Source of the DNA: Candidatus Moraniibacteriota bacterium | Lineage (GTDB): Bacteria; Patescibacteriota; Minisyncoccia; Moranbacterales; UBA1568 | Assembly: GCA_037201605.1 (NCBI GenBank) | Contig: JBBCGM010000001.1 | Location: 1,128 to 65,127 of the forward strand | Length of the DNA stretch: 64,000 bases | Direction: 5' to 3' | Part shown: in pieces, positions 21,904 to 33,870 of the stretch | How the letters are laid out: each line of letters opens with the position of its first letter | Numbering within the stretch: the first letter of the stretch is position 1 | Made by a program: the position numbers and the translations under genes | Notes under the pieces: generated by a model | Told to the model about the DNA's origin: nothing | Seen by the model: only the letters and a program-made list of their open reading frames with translations | Databases searched by the model: none

Positions 21904-23477
21904 ATGGATATCCTCCGGCCACGATCAAGCACGCCTCCGTCATCTCGTTCGGCCGTTGCACGCCCGGCGTCGCGCGACAATGTACCACAAGGAGCCTCCT
22001 CCGCCCCAAAAGCACCGCTCACTCGGCGGCACTTTTTGGGACGCTTTCTTATTATCGGAAGCATTCTCCTTTTCCTAGGATTCGTGATAGCAGCCGGCTT
22101 CCTTTTCAAAAAGGGGCTAGCTGTCAGTCGTGAAATTCAGTTAAACGATACGCAAGAAACAGGAACACTTGGAGACCTAGGAACGTTCGCCAAAGGCCTC
22201 ATTACTCCCGGGGAAGATATCCTCAAAAAAGATGAGGATGGACGTATCAATGTCCTCCTCTTGGGACGGGCTGGCGAACACTATCCCGGCAAAAATCTGA
22301 CTGACACCGTTATCCTGCTCAGTATCCAAACCAAAACGCGCCAGGTAGCCCTGCTTTCCCTTCCGCGCGATCTTCTTGTCGCGCTTCCCGGCAGCCAGCC
22401 TGCCACCAAGTTAAACGCGCTCTACCAATACGGCTTAAGTTCCGGTAAAGGCCCGGATACGATCAGGGAGGCCGTTTCCACCGTTACCGACCAATCGATC
22501 CACTATACCTTCCTCATTGACTTCGACGGATTTGAGGAGCTCGTAGACACTCTGGGAGGCATCCGCGTCGACGTCCCGCGTGATTTCACCGACACTCGCT
22601 ATCCCGGCAAGAACTACAGCTACGAAACCTTTTCCATCCAAAAGGGCTGGCAGACACTAGACGGCCCCACCGCGCTCAAGTACGTACGCGAGCGGCACGC
22701 TGATCCAGAAGGTGATTTCGGACGCGCCAAACGCCAGCAACAGGTGCTTCAGGCCCTGAAGAGCAAAGCCTTCTCGCTTCCCACCCTCGTTAATCCTGAG
22801 ACGCTTCAGATCTCCTCGATACGCTCGGCCAGAATGTCGAGACCGATGCAAGCCTCACGGAACTTGAGGCCTTCTTCAAACTGGCGCATTCCATAGACAC
22901 TCAAAACGTCAAAACCCTCGTCGTAGACGCCTGGCAGAAAGAAAGCCTGCTCCGTGTTTCGCACATCCCCTTAGGCGGCGTTTCGGCGTTTATCCTGCTG
23001 CCGCGCGCCGGCAACTGGAGCGAAATCCAGGAACGCAGCGCCTACATTTTCGATCAGGATGTCCTCGCTCGCCAAAAAACCGCTCTTGCCGAGGAAGCCC
23101 CGCGCGTGCTGCTCGTCGCTGCTCCGCAAGAAACGACTTCCCTTCAAAGCCTGCGGGCCGCGCTGGAGGAAATGGGGATTGCGCAGATCGAGGTAAGCAG
23201 TGCTTCATTTGAAGAGGCACCGAAAGAGAGTATCATCGTAGACAGGAGCGGACTTAAAAAACCGTTCACCCTTGACGCTCTCCTGAAAAAATTCCCCCTT
23301 GAAAAACAGACGGAAGGACAGGTAGCTTGGCTTGAGAAATTGCCGGTCCAATCAAGGACAAAAGCTGATCTGATCATTGCGGTCGGCAGCGATTTCGCCA
23401 AAGCCCTGCCAGAAGAAGAATACGGAAGCCAGTCCGACGATCTTTCGCCTGAGACCTTCCCGCTTGTTACCCCCTAA
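21904..23477 (+). CDS. LytR-CpsA-Psr (LCP) family protein with LytR_C-like tail (at least 2 frame breaks, 22800-23100)
   Basis: A TM anchor is followed by INVLLLGRAGEHYPGKNLTDTVILLSI...ALLSLPRDL and GGIRVDVPRDF. ORF 23106-23477 continues the same gene. Confidence 0.8.
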
Positions 23478-23489
23478 GACCCCATCCCT

Positions 23490-24047
23490 ATGAAACTTAT
23501 CGTTGGCCTCGGCAATCCAGGGACCGAATACCAGGACACGCGCCACAATGCCGGTTTTTTAGCACTCGACTTTCTCCAGACTGCCTGGGAAAGCCCTGCC
23601 TTTCTCTCGGAACAAAAACTCGTCTCCAGCCAAAGTGTTGCGCGCTTCGGAACAGAGAAGCTTCTTCTCCTTAAGCCTGAGACCTTCATGAACGATTCCG
23701 GCACTGCCGTGCGAAAAGCGCTCCAATACTACAAAATCGGACCAGAAGATCTGCTCGTAGTACACGATGACATGGACATCCCCTCGGGCCAGTGGCGCTT
23801 TACTGAGAGCTCCCGGTCAGCCGGACACAACGGCGTAGAGAGCTTGATTGAAGCGCTCGGCACCCAGGACTTTGCGCGACTGCGGCTCGGCATTGGCCGG
23901 CCCGAAGCAACACTCGGCGCCTGTCAGCCATCGCACACCTATGTGCTTGGCATCCTCTCAGAAAAAGAACGTCTGGCACTTGCCTCCCTTTTCCCTCAAA
24001 TACAGGGAGAAATAGAAAGCTGGATCAAGCTTTCGCAGGAAAATTAA
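23490..24047 (+). CDS. pth: Peptidyl-tRNA hydrolase
   Basis: Intact: MKLIVGLGNPGTEYQDTRHNAGF...GHNGVESL. Confidence 0.9.
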   Translation: MKLIVGLGNPGTEYQDTRHNAGFLALDFLQTAWESPAFLSEQKLVSSQSVARFGTEKLLLLKPETFMNDSGTAVRKALQYYKIGPEDLLVVHDDMDIPSGQWRFTESSRSAGHNGVESLIEALGTQDFARLRLGIGRPEATLGACQPSHTYVLGILSEKERLALASLFPQIQGEIESWIKLSQEN

Positions 24048-24057
24048 AAAGGTGATC

Positions 24058-24237
24058 AAGAAAAATCCCCTTCCTTGTAAACAACAGGGAGGGGATTTTT
24101 TCGAGGCATTTCCCCCTTCGGGCTTCTACCGGCTGCACCCAGAGCTTTCCCGAAGAAAGCAGTGAGAGGAAGAAGGCTTAGGAGGGATGCCTTCTTCCAG
24201 AACCGGTAGAAGCCCCAAAAGGCAAATCTCTTGGGAA
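24058..24237 (-). ncRNA. Candidate small RNA, unknown family
   Basis: It has its own TTGACA-N17-TAGCCT promoter at 24244-24272. Structure: a 13-bp closing helix (24120-24132 with 24203-24215), two inner hairpins (24144-24160 and 24168-24198), and a terminator at 24061-24104. One loop reads AUCCCUCCUAA. Confidence 0.35.
24061..24104. terminator. Bidirectional intrinsic terminator (pth on plus, candidate sRNA on minus)
   Basis: ATCCCCTTCC...GGGAGGGGAT stem flanked by AAAAA on the left and TTTTTT on the right. Confidence 0.7.
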
Positions 24238-24243
24238 CGCTTC

Positions 24244-24272
24244 AGGCTATCAGGGCCGAGAAGAGCTGTCAA
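24244..24272 (-). promoter_or_regulatory. Sigma-70-type promoter of the candidate sRNA
   Basis: The minus strand reads TTGACA, a 17-nt spacer, then TAGCCT. It sits between the convergent genes pth and rplY. Confidence 0.45.
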
Positions 24273-24279
24273 GATCACC

Positions 24280-24316
24280 TCGGAAAAGCACAAAAGGCCT
24301 TGCGGCCCTTTGTGAA
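24280..24316 (-). terminator. Intrinsic terminator after rplY
   Basis: The minus strand reads CACAAAGGGCC-GCAA-GGCCTTTTGTG followed by CTTTTCC. Confidence 0.6.
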
Positions 24317-24333
24317 AAAAGAATGAGAGTTCC

Positions 24334-25001
24334 TTAGGCGGCTGCTTCTTCAGCCGGAGCTTCTTCAGCCGGAGCCACTTCGGCATCACCGACCTTGGAA
24401 ACATCAGTATCAACAGCTTCGTCGAGAGCGGCCATTTCGGCATCCGTGCGCGGCGGCTCAACGAGGGCGACGGTCGTATCGGGATCGGTAAGAATGGTGA
24501 CTCCTGCTGGCAGATCAAGATCGCTTACCTTAATACGATCCTCAAAAGCAGCAAGCTTGGTGATATCTACCTCGAGGCTGTGCGGCAAGTCCTTCGGCAG
24601 ACAAGAAACCAGCACTTCTTCGATCGTTTTGACCAACACGCCGCCCTGTTCACGAACGGTCGGCGCCTCACCTATGAATTCCAAAGACACGTGGGTCTCG
24701 AGAGCCTCATTCATCTTTACCTGAAAGAAATCGATGTGAGAAAAACGTCCGGAAAGCGGGTTTTTTTGGACATCGTGCACGAGAACATTGAGAGTCTGAT
24801 CATCCACCTTGAGGGAGAGAATGCTACTCTGACCTGCTTCACGGAAAATCTTGCTAAACGGGAGCGTCTCTACCCATACCGGAGCATTTTTACTGCCATG
24901 ACCATACACAATGCCCGGCACAAAGCCCGCATGACGTTCGCATCAAGCGCTTTTGTTCCTGTTTTTTCGCGTGCCGTCGCACTCAGTTGAAATTCTTGCA
25001 T
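24334..25001 (-). CDS. rplY: 50S ribosomal protein L25/Ctc (one frame break near 24930)
   Basis: MQEFQLSATAREKTGTKA starts at ATG 25001. ORF 24334-24921 gives PGIVYGHGSKNAPVWVE...HDVQKNPLSGRFSHIDF and an acidic APAEE tail. Confidence 0.85.
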
Positions 25002-25328
25002 ATCGATTATTGACCAAAAGATTGACATCGCCCTGATACTGCTCCAGAAAACGATGTGCGGTTATTACATCATCGCTTGTTACCGGCGTCCCCTGATAGC
25101 GTTCGCGAGCTTCTGTCTGATCCAAATCAGTCAGCACTCCGACACTCATAACGCCCATCTGGCCGAGCGAAAGAAAACGAGGGAAGCGGTACCGCAACCG
25201 TCACAAGAGAGATAGAGTGCCGTGCGCTTTTCATCCTCTTCCAAAACAACCATTTTGGCAGGACGGTGTTTCTTGTTGCAAATCATGCAACGGACCATCG
25301 ACTGAAGGCTTTCGAGCGGCACTTTCAT
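24943..25328 (-). CDS. Hypothetical zinc-ribbon protein (one frame break near 25170)
   Basis: MKVPLESLQSMVRCMICNKK...LSCDGCGT carries two CxxC pairs and continues in ORF 24943-25197. The 3' end overlaps the rplY start, so the end coordinate is uncertain. Confidence 0.35.
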
Positions 25329-25508
25329 GCGGCAGTAGCGATAGAAAATTCTTATAAAGAGCGCCTGTATCCCTCTCGGATGAGGCGTTACAAGTTCGGC
25401 CAGCATAGCAGGAAAGAGGGCCGAACGTCAAGGCAACGCCTCATTTTAGTCTCCTTTTTACAATTCCCAAGAACCGGACAGATAAACGTGGTACCTGAGT
25501 CAAAAATG

Positions 25509-27114
25509 TTAATTTTTCAGAGTAAAAATGGTTTGGTTGGAGAATCTTTTCTTAGAAAGAATTTCATGACCAGAAATAATCTCTCCTTCTGTCTTGTCAA
25601 TTTTATCCAGATCGTCAGAGATGTAAAAAAGCGGAGTGTCCGGCGAAAGCTGGGAGCGACTTATTGTGGTGATCGAAGTCATGCCAATCCCCTCCTGATT
25701 CAAAAAATATTTAATCGGTTTAGAGAATCTCTGGGCAAGGTCTTTTCCGCCGGAAAAATAAATCTCCTTTGTTCCGGAAGGAACATTGGCGAGGAGATAC
25801 TCGGACATGGCTTCCACTTGAGCAAGAGTGCTATTTTCGTCGTTATCTTCCATCCCTCTGCTATAACTTATCGCTTTGGCAGTATCCCGCCCTATGGAGC
25901 AGGCCAGAAGAAGAATAAATACTGCTACCACTATTTTCTTCCCCAAGAAACCGTATCTTTTTTCCAGGAATTCGAACAGGATACCAAGAAGAACGAAGGG
26001 TACGAAAAATAAGATCAGAAAATACACTACGTGGACATAGTTGGCCACACTTGCGAGGACAAGGAAAGCGATAGCATGAAAAACAATCACTAAGCCCAGA
26101 AAATTTCTGCGCTCGCGACTTGTTTCCTGACGGAAACGAGAAACCAAAAAATAATACCCCAACAGAGAAAACGCCAGGCTGGCTATCCCGAGAATAATGG
26201 CGCCCCACGTTGCCCACCGATCATCAGAAAAATCGGCAATGTCATCACAATCATCATCATCGTAGAGCGAAGCCACCAGATGGGCATTCGCTTCCACTTG
26301 GCACGCGGTTATGTACAGCAGGCTTTTAGCAGGATTGTGATCCGTGTCGCGTTCAACTCCCTGGAAAAAAGAAGCGGTATTTTGAAAATTCGTTCTGAGC
26401 TCCGAAACGATTGACTGGCATTTAAGACAATTGTGATAACGAGGACGAGAGCGAAGCTTTTCCAGATTCCCTTGGCCCTTTTTTTTCAAAAGAGAGAGAA
26501 AAACCAGGAGGGCCACCAGAGGCATCGCGACCAAGCATGTTGTGTGCATTTGGATGCCGACGCCGAGACCGATGCCGAGAATGATACTCCAGCCCGGGCG
26601 AAATTTTTCGGGCTGGTTCATGATTTTCAAAAGTCCCCACAGAAAGATGAGTACAAAGAAAGGAACCAGATTTTGATTTGAAGAAAAGCGAGAGGCATTC
26701 ACCAATATGTACGACACGCTGAAGAGTGCCGTAAGCATGAGAGAGGTCTTTTTCCCGAAATACTCCCGCAAAAAGAAGAAAAAGAGAGGGATGGCCAAAA
26801 TGGAAAAAAAGAGGCTTGGATAGGCTATCTTATCCGGATAGCTCCCGAATACTTTGGCCGAAACAAAGGACAGGTAGTAATGCATCGGACCCAATAAAGA
26901 AGTTGGTCCCGCCAGCCAGCGGACCGAGAAGCGGTAACGGAGCTTCATGCTCTATAGCCGCGCGTATGATGGCAGCATCTCTCGCTTGATCGCCGCTAAA
27001 GCGCAACCAGTCATGAAATGCATACGTACGCAAAAATACTCCCGCCAGAAGAATGAGAGCAAGACTGATTATAACCCCTTTATTCTTCTTGAAATGATTC
27101 CGAAACGTGTCCAT
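25509..27114 (-). CDS. ArnT/PMT-like (GT-C fold) membrane glycosyltransferase (one frame break near 26900)
   Basis: MDTFRNHFKKNKGVIISLALILLAGVFLRTYAFHDWLRFSGDQARD, then a polytopic 479-aa ORF with a soluble C-terminal domain. Confidence 0.65.
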
Positions 27115-27174
27115 GTTTTTGTTTTCACGAGTTCGGGCGCAGGACGTCGTGAAGATCTTCACCCAAAAGCCCTC

Positions 27175-29259
<2,085 letters not shown>

Positions 29260-29287
29260 ATAGAGAGTAAACGGTAAGGAAATTGGG

Positions 29288-29672
29288 TTAGACTTCGGAT
29301 TGTACGGGACGGCGCAAGGACAGCTCTACCAGCAGAACGAAAACAAGGAGAAAGAGGCTCCCCCACCAGGTCAGTACCTGGAAGTATTGGAGAGTCGCAT
29401 TGCCGACGAGAAAGAGGGTGAGAAGGAAAGCCTGACGGAAGGCACTGCCTAAATGATGGGCCGCGCTCACTTCACCTAAACCCCGGCAATAACTCCACGT
29501 TACAAAGAGCGTCATGAGGCCGAGGAGCGTTACGAAAAGGGTTCCGAAAAAAAGAGCAATAGCCGAAGTACCCATCGCCTCCGGATCAACCGTAAACAGG
29601 ACTGCAAGCCAAGCCGAAAGCGCAAAAAAGGTAAAAAGGCGAATGCCAAGGCGGTAGACAGAAAGGGGTCAT
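29288..29672 (-). CDS. Small membrane protein, hypothetical (possible early frame break)
   Basis: ORF 29288-29575 has 3 TM segments. The upstream in-frame hydrophobic stretch is reachable only from ATG 29672 with a 1-nt shift. Confidence 0.4.
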
Positions 29673-29705
29673 ACGTGTCCAAGAAGAGGAGTCCTCGTCT
29701 TCTTT

Positions 29706-29734
29706 AGTATAGCCTACTTTTCTCTCCTTTTCAA
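29706..29734 (-). promoter_or_regulatory. Sigma-70-type promoter
   Basis: The minus strand reads TTGAAA, a 17-nt spacer, then TATACT, just downstream of the efp terminator. Confidence 0.45.
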
Positions 29735-29737
29735 GAC

Positions 29738-29772
29738 AACAAAAAGCCTCTTTTTTGGCTTAAAAGAGGCTC
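29738..29772 (-). terminator. Intrinsic terminator after efp
   Basis: AGCCTCTTTT-AAGCCAA-AAAAGAGGCT followed by TTTTGTTG. Confidence 0.7.
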
Positions 29773-30328
29773 TATTCGCGAGAAACATAGGTTCCGCGCT
29801 CGGTATTAATAATGATGCGATCCCCTGTCTTGACGAAGAGCGGCGTGGTTATCTTGAGACCCGTTTCTACGGTCACCACCTTATCGCCGCCGGAGGCGGT
29901 GTCGCCTTTGAGTCCAGGAGGAGCATCGGTTACGGCAAGCGTCACTTTCGTCGGCAGTTCAATGCTCAGTGCACGTTCCTTCCATTGAGAACGGTGACTT
30001 CGGTTCCTTCCACCAAATACTCAGATGCAGGTCCGAGTGCCCCAGTATTAAGCTCGAATTGCTCATAGCTCGCGTTATCCATGAAAACAAAGTTTTCCCC
30101 TTCCTGGTACAGGTACTGGGCACGAGACTTCGCAATTTCTACTTCTTCTACTTTGTCGGCACCCTGAAACGTATGCTCAAGCGTTGCGCCCGTTACCAGA
30201 TTCCGCAGCTTGGTACGCAAAACAGCGCCGGCCCGGCCAATCTTGGAATGTTGATATTCCAAGACCACATAGGGTTCGTCGCCGAGCAGGATTTTTTTTC
30301 CGCTTTTTATTTCGGTAATGCCGAGCAT
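29772..30328 (-). CDS. efp: Elongation factor P (one frame break near 29966)
   Basis: MLGITEIKSGKKILLGDEPYVVLEYQHSKIGRAGAVLRTKLRNL and a shifted C-terminus ELPTKVTLAVTDAPPGLKGDTASGGDK. Confidence 0.9.
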
Positions 30329-30355
30329 AGCGAAGCCGAGCCTGAAATGCCCGGA

Positions 30356-30548
30356 TTATTTGATAACGTAGGGCACCAGAGCCATAAAGCGGGCCCGCTT
30401 GATAGCGAGGGCGAGGTGGCGCTGTTCCTTAGCCGAAAGGCCATAGCGCTTGGGCGGGTACATCTTCCCTGGGAGTTGAGAAAGCGGCGCAAGAAATACG
30501 CATCCTTGTAATCAAGATCTGAAGTTTTTTCTGCATGGACTGTTCCAT
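30356..30548 (-). CDS. rpsR: 30S ribosomal protein S18 (two frame breaks)
   Basis: [19 protein letters not shown] and [31 protein letters not shown] are recovered across three frames. The breaks fall at an A-run and a G-run. Confidence 0.8.
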
Positions 30549-30576
30549 AAGCTGAAGCGATATATAGGGAAATAAT

Positions 30577-31074
30577 TTAGAATGGGACATCTTCGATCCG
30601 GATATCATCCTTCTCGTCATCGAGATTGATGGTCGGAATTTCATCATCAGGCGTCGGCTGGGAAGATTCGGTTGCTGGACGCTTATTAGCGGGCTGGCTG
30701 TAGCCTCCTTCGTTCTGAGCCGGACGCTGGGGAGCTCCTGACCCTTGAGCACGGTTCCCGAGCTGCATGTTATCAGCCACAATTTCGGTCGTCTTGCGCT
30801 CCGCACCGTCTTTGGCAGTATAGGTTCTGGTCTGGAGACGGCCTTCAATAAAGCACTCCTGGCCCCGAGTCAGGTACTGGCCGGCAATTTCAGCAAGCCT
30901 CCCCCAGAGCACCACGGTATGGAATTCGGTGCGTTCCTGGCGCTGACCACCTTTGTCGGTCCAGAAACTGTTGGTCGCGAGCGAAATGGTAGCTACCGAC
31001 TGACCGCTCGGCGTACTGCGGATCTCTGGATCACGAGTCAGCCGACCCACCAAAATGACTTTATTAACGTTCAT
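30577..31074 (-). CDS. ssb: Single-stranded DNA-binding protein
   Basis: Intact: MNVNKVILVGRLTRDPEIRSTPSG...FHTVVLWGRLAE, with an acidic tail ending DDIRIEDVPF. Confidence 0.95.
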   Translation of the reverse strand: MNVNKVILVGRLTRDPEIRSTPSGQSVATISLATNSFWTDKGGQRQERTEFHTVVLWGRLAEIAGQYLTRGQECFIEGRLQTRTYTAKDGAERKTTEIVADNMQLGNRAQGSGAPQRPAQNEGGYSQPANKRPATESSQPTPDDEIPTINLDDEKDDIRIEDVPF

Positions 31075-31104
31075 AGTGCTACGTATGAATGGTTATTTAT
31101 GCTT

Positions 31105-31596
31105 TTAAATATCCAACTTCTCCTTGAGCTGCTGGTCGATTTCGGCACTCGTTGCCTTCTTCTCATCAGCAATATTCGTGACGGGGGCTTCCGGAAGCAC
31201 TTTGGTCGTGCCGCGCTTCTCATAGCGATTCCCCCGGCCGGTCGGCGGCCTCTTTTCGACGCGCTCAATCGGTTGAGCTCGGGCAAATCCTCAGCGCGCA
31301 GAAGCAAAAAGCGCAACACATCTGGGGAAAGGCCGAGTTCGCGATTGAGGGTTGCCAGCGGGTGAGCCTCCTCTTCGGAAACGCCTTGCTCTTCGAGTTC
31401 GTCGCGATCGGGCAACGTAAAACGGCGCGCCACATACGTGCCGCGAGTTTCCCCCTTTATCTCGTAGGCCAACTTGCGCTTCAGCGAGAAATGTGCCGCC
31501 AACTTTCTGGACGGCCTCCTCAACCGCTTGGGCGATTTCAGCCTTGCGAGGCTCCTTGGACTCGCCTACCAAATAAAACAGTTCGTATTCGATCAT
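31105..31596 (-). CDS. rpsF: 30S ribosomal protein S6 with C-terminal extension (about 3 frame breaks)
   Basis: MIEYELFYLVGESKEPRKAEIAQAVEEAVQKVGG and SLKRKLAYEIKGETRGTYVARRF in a shifted frame. The stop is at 31105. Confidence 0.8.
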
Positions 31597-31715
31597 AGAA
31601 AACGCATCTGATTAAAGAAAAATCCGCAACCGGAGAAAGCAGCATCCGGACGGATGAGTGAGCCTCCTGGTCCCTTATTGAGAGGGCGGGAGGATCTTCG
31701 GACTTTCTCAATTGC
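31597..31715 (-). promoter_or_regulatory. Structured 5' leader of rpsF-ssb-rpsR
   Basis: Nested helices CCGCAA/TTGCGG and GENERAL GAGAAAG/CTTTCTC enclose two hairpins. The 3' strand is followed by ATTTTTCTTT. Confidence 0.45.
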
Positions 31716-31721
31716 GGCTTC

Positions 31722-31750
31722 ACTCTAGCATCCTTCTTCCCTATTGTCAA
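31722..31750 (-). promoter_or_regulatory. Sigma-70-type promoter of the rpsF operon
   Basis: The minus strand reads TTGACA, a 17-nt spacer, then TAGAGT. The -35 box overlaps the stop codon (31747-31749) of the upstream gene. Confidence 0.65.
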
Positions 31751-33042
31751 TCAAAGAGCTTCTTGTAATTCTTGGACCAATAGACAATGCCGTTGTAGTA
31801 GTTGGCATAGTAGGTACCTAAATAATTAATAGAAGCTTCTTGATAGCAGCTGGACTGTCAGAGTCGCTCCAGCAGCGCGAAGCTTCAGGGCCATGGCCAT
31901 GACTCCGTCGCCCAGATCCCAAGGGTCAGGCGTTGCATGCCCCGTTTTCGAAGCTACCTGGGAAGCATAGCCTTGCCAAGTGTCGGACATAAACTGGGGC
32001 ACTCCCATAGCGCCGCCTTGGCCCACATATCCGGAAGGCGTACAAGAGACCTTCTTGTTCTTGCTGTAGTCGAGTTTTTTCGTGAGCGTCACAAAGAGAT
32101 TGTAGCGCTTCTCAAGAAGGGCGATCGAGTTTTTATATTTCTTTTTATTCTTATTGTAGTAACGGCTCAGGGCATCTTTTTTCACCTGGTCATAGGTACA
32201 CTGACCGGTATTGGCGCCGAGATTGGTCTCCATCTTAAGAAAGCCGTAAAGAACGCCCTTCGGCACACCGGTTTGCTTGCTCGCAAACTCCACCGCTTCC
32301 CGAATATCTTTGGCATTAAAGCTTTTGCCGGTAATGACGGTCAGGTCGCTTTGCATTTCGCGCAGCTTCTCCTGAAGCTCGTCTACCGTGGCTTCCTGGT
32401 CTTCGACATCGTCAGCCACGTCAGCCTGGTTGGCAGCCAGCGTTTGCTTTTGGGCGTTCTTGGCAGCCAAAAGCATCTCGCGATCTTCCTGGGCATTTTC
32501 AAGAGAGAATTTTTCCTGAGAGATCCGCTCTCGGTTCTCATGCATTTGGCCAAGAAGCGCTTGGATCTTCTCCTGGGTCGAGAACAGATGATCATTCGTA
32601 TTCCAAGCCGCCTGGATATCGCTTCCGGAAAGGAGCACCTCTACCAGGGCAGATTCTTAGAATAGTAAAGCTGCTGTACCAGCCCCGAAAGCACCTCGCG
32701 ATTAAGATCCAGCTGGCCCTCGAGCACCCGGATGGTTTCTTCCTTGCCCTTGATATTAGCTTCCGTTTCCTGGATTAATTTCTGAATCTGCGCGATTTGC
32801 GATTGGGTAGAATTGAGAGAAGAGGTGATACTCTGAAGCTGGGCCTGGAGCGAATCCAGTTTTTTCTGCTCTTTATCGAGGTCACTTTCAACATCCTTAA
32901 TATCGCCCTTCAAATCAGCTTGGCGCTCTTTTTCTTCCTCCGCTTCTTTGGCCTTTTTCTGGTCTTCAGCCGAGAGTTCCTGCGCCGACACCGAATACGT
33001 AAAGAGAGGCGAAAATGCAAAGAAAAGGCTTATGAAAGCCAT
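31747..33042 (-). CDS. Secreted coiled-coil protein with MltB/SLT_2-like lytic transglycosylase domain (at least 2 frame breaks)
   Basis: A signal peptide MAFISLFFAFSPLFTYSVSA is followed by about 250 aa of heptad-like Q/E/K-rich sequence, then GAMGVPQFMSDTWQGYA...DPWDLGDGVMAMALKL. Confidence 0.7.
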
Positions 33043-33087
33043 GAATAGGGTAGTGCTGTAGATTTCCTCGTTTTTGCCATACGTTTT

Positions 33088-33116
33088 ATTATAGCAGATT
33101 TTTTCATTTTCTCCAA
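33088..33116 (-). promoter_or_regulatory. Extended -10 promoter for the lytic transglycosylase gene
   Basis: The minus strand reads TTGGAG, a 17-nt spacer, then TATAAT preceded by TGC. It is divergent from the plus-strand promoter at 33150. Confidence 0.5.
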
Positions 33117-33149
33117 GAGCTCTCTCCTCATGTAAGAATAGTGAGATGA

Positions 33150-33178
33150 TTGACAGGCAAAAGACGCCGGCATAGAAT
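33150..33178 (+). promoter_or_regulatory. Sigma-70-type promoter, plus strand
   Basis: TTGACA, a 17-nt spacer, then TAGAAT. This is the only such plus-strand match I found in an intergenic region. Confidence 0.55.
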
Positions 33179-33296
33179 CGTTTGGTCAGCAGATTTCGCA
33201 GTGTTTTTTCCGAAAATCAAAGCTTTCTGCCGTAGGCTCATCTTGAGCTGCTTCGTTTTTTGTTTTTTACCAATTTGCAAAAGGGGGAATTCTTCT

Positions 33297-33792
33297 ATGC
33301 TGTCTCAGGGGTTGGAAACCGCGAACGCCATGTAGTTATCACCTGCTACGACAATCGCTTGGATGCGGTCATTCAGCACTTTGAGAGTCTGCTGAGGCTC
33401 CAAGGCCGCCAAGTCATACCATCTGTACGGCCGATCGGCGGAATACACGCCATGACTCGCGCCGCGTGCAGAGACTTCTTCTACAGCCAGCTGGAGGGAC
33501 TGGTAGAAATTGGCGGCGCAACACACATTCACGCTTTCCCGCATACGGAGTGTCAATTCAACCGACTCAAACAATGGAAGAAGATTAGCGAAACGCCTTT
33601 CTCCGATCTCTCCTTCCAAATCGAGACACTCAAGAAGATGCGGAAAATGGCCAGGGGCATTTGGATTTCAAGTATCCAGGACGCGGCATCAAGCTCGAGG
33701 TTAATATCATCTTGACCGAAGAAAAACGCATCACGAGTCTCGAAGAGGCAGAGGAGATGCTCTCCCACATGCTTAGCAAGCATGCGGCCTGA
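33297..33792 (+). CDS. Beta-carbonic-anhydrase-like protein (about 2 frame breaks; strand assignment uncertain)
   Basis: HVVITCYDNRLD carries CxDxR, FPHTECQ carries HxxC, and the C-terminus reads GHLDFKYPGRGIKLEV. These resemble Cab-type beta-CA. A GGGGG RBS precedes ATG 33297, with a promoter upstream and a terminator downstream. The minus strand is also open here. Confidence 0.45.
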
Positions 33793-33810
33793 GGCAGTTC
33801 CAGCCCTCAA

Positions 33811-33853
33811 CAAAAAAGGCGGTTCCGGGAAACTTCCCGGAACCGCCTTTTCA
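33811..33853. terminator. Bidirectional intrinsic terminator between the convergent CA-like gene and sulP
   Basis: GGCGGTTCCGGG-AAACTT-CCCGGAACCGCC forms a 12-bp stem, flanked by AAAAAA and TTTT. Confidence 0.75.
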
Positions 33854-33870
33854 TTTCGACAAGAAACGCT

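Noticed and set aside
24120-24215. Possible SRP (4.5S) RNA, because CCCGAAGAAAGCAG resembles the UCCGGAAGGAAGCAG core.
   Set aside because: The segment forms a perfect 6-bp hairpin with no symmetric or asymmetric internal loops and no GNAR tetraloop. The overall fold is a three-way junction, not a single long hairpin.
24346-24375. Short tandem DNA repeat CTTCTTCAGCCGGAG, present twice.
   Set aside because: It lies inside rplY and simply encodes the repeated APAEE acidic tail. It is not a CRISPR or regulatory repeat.
24126-24518. A 130-aa minus-strand ORF spanning the pth-rplY spacer and the rplY 3' end, and a 42-aa basic plus-strand ORF starting at ATG 24187 just after AGGAGG.
   Set aside because: The long ORF runs through two terminators and overlaps rplY out of frame. 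For the short ORF, the SD-ATG spacing is only 1-2 nt and both SD and ATG are buried in a 10-bp hairpin. An RNA-level function fits better.
33305-33813. Minus-strand ORFs 33305-33619 and 33553-33813 as the real gene at this locus.
   Set aside because: There is no recognisable motif. The start would lie 28 nt after a strong terminator with no promoter. The plus strand has a promoter, RBS, terminator and beta-CA-type CxDxR/HxxC motifs. This stays uncertain.
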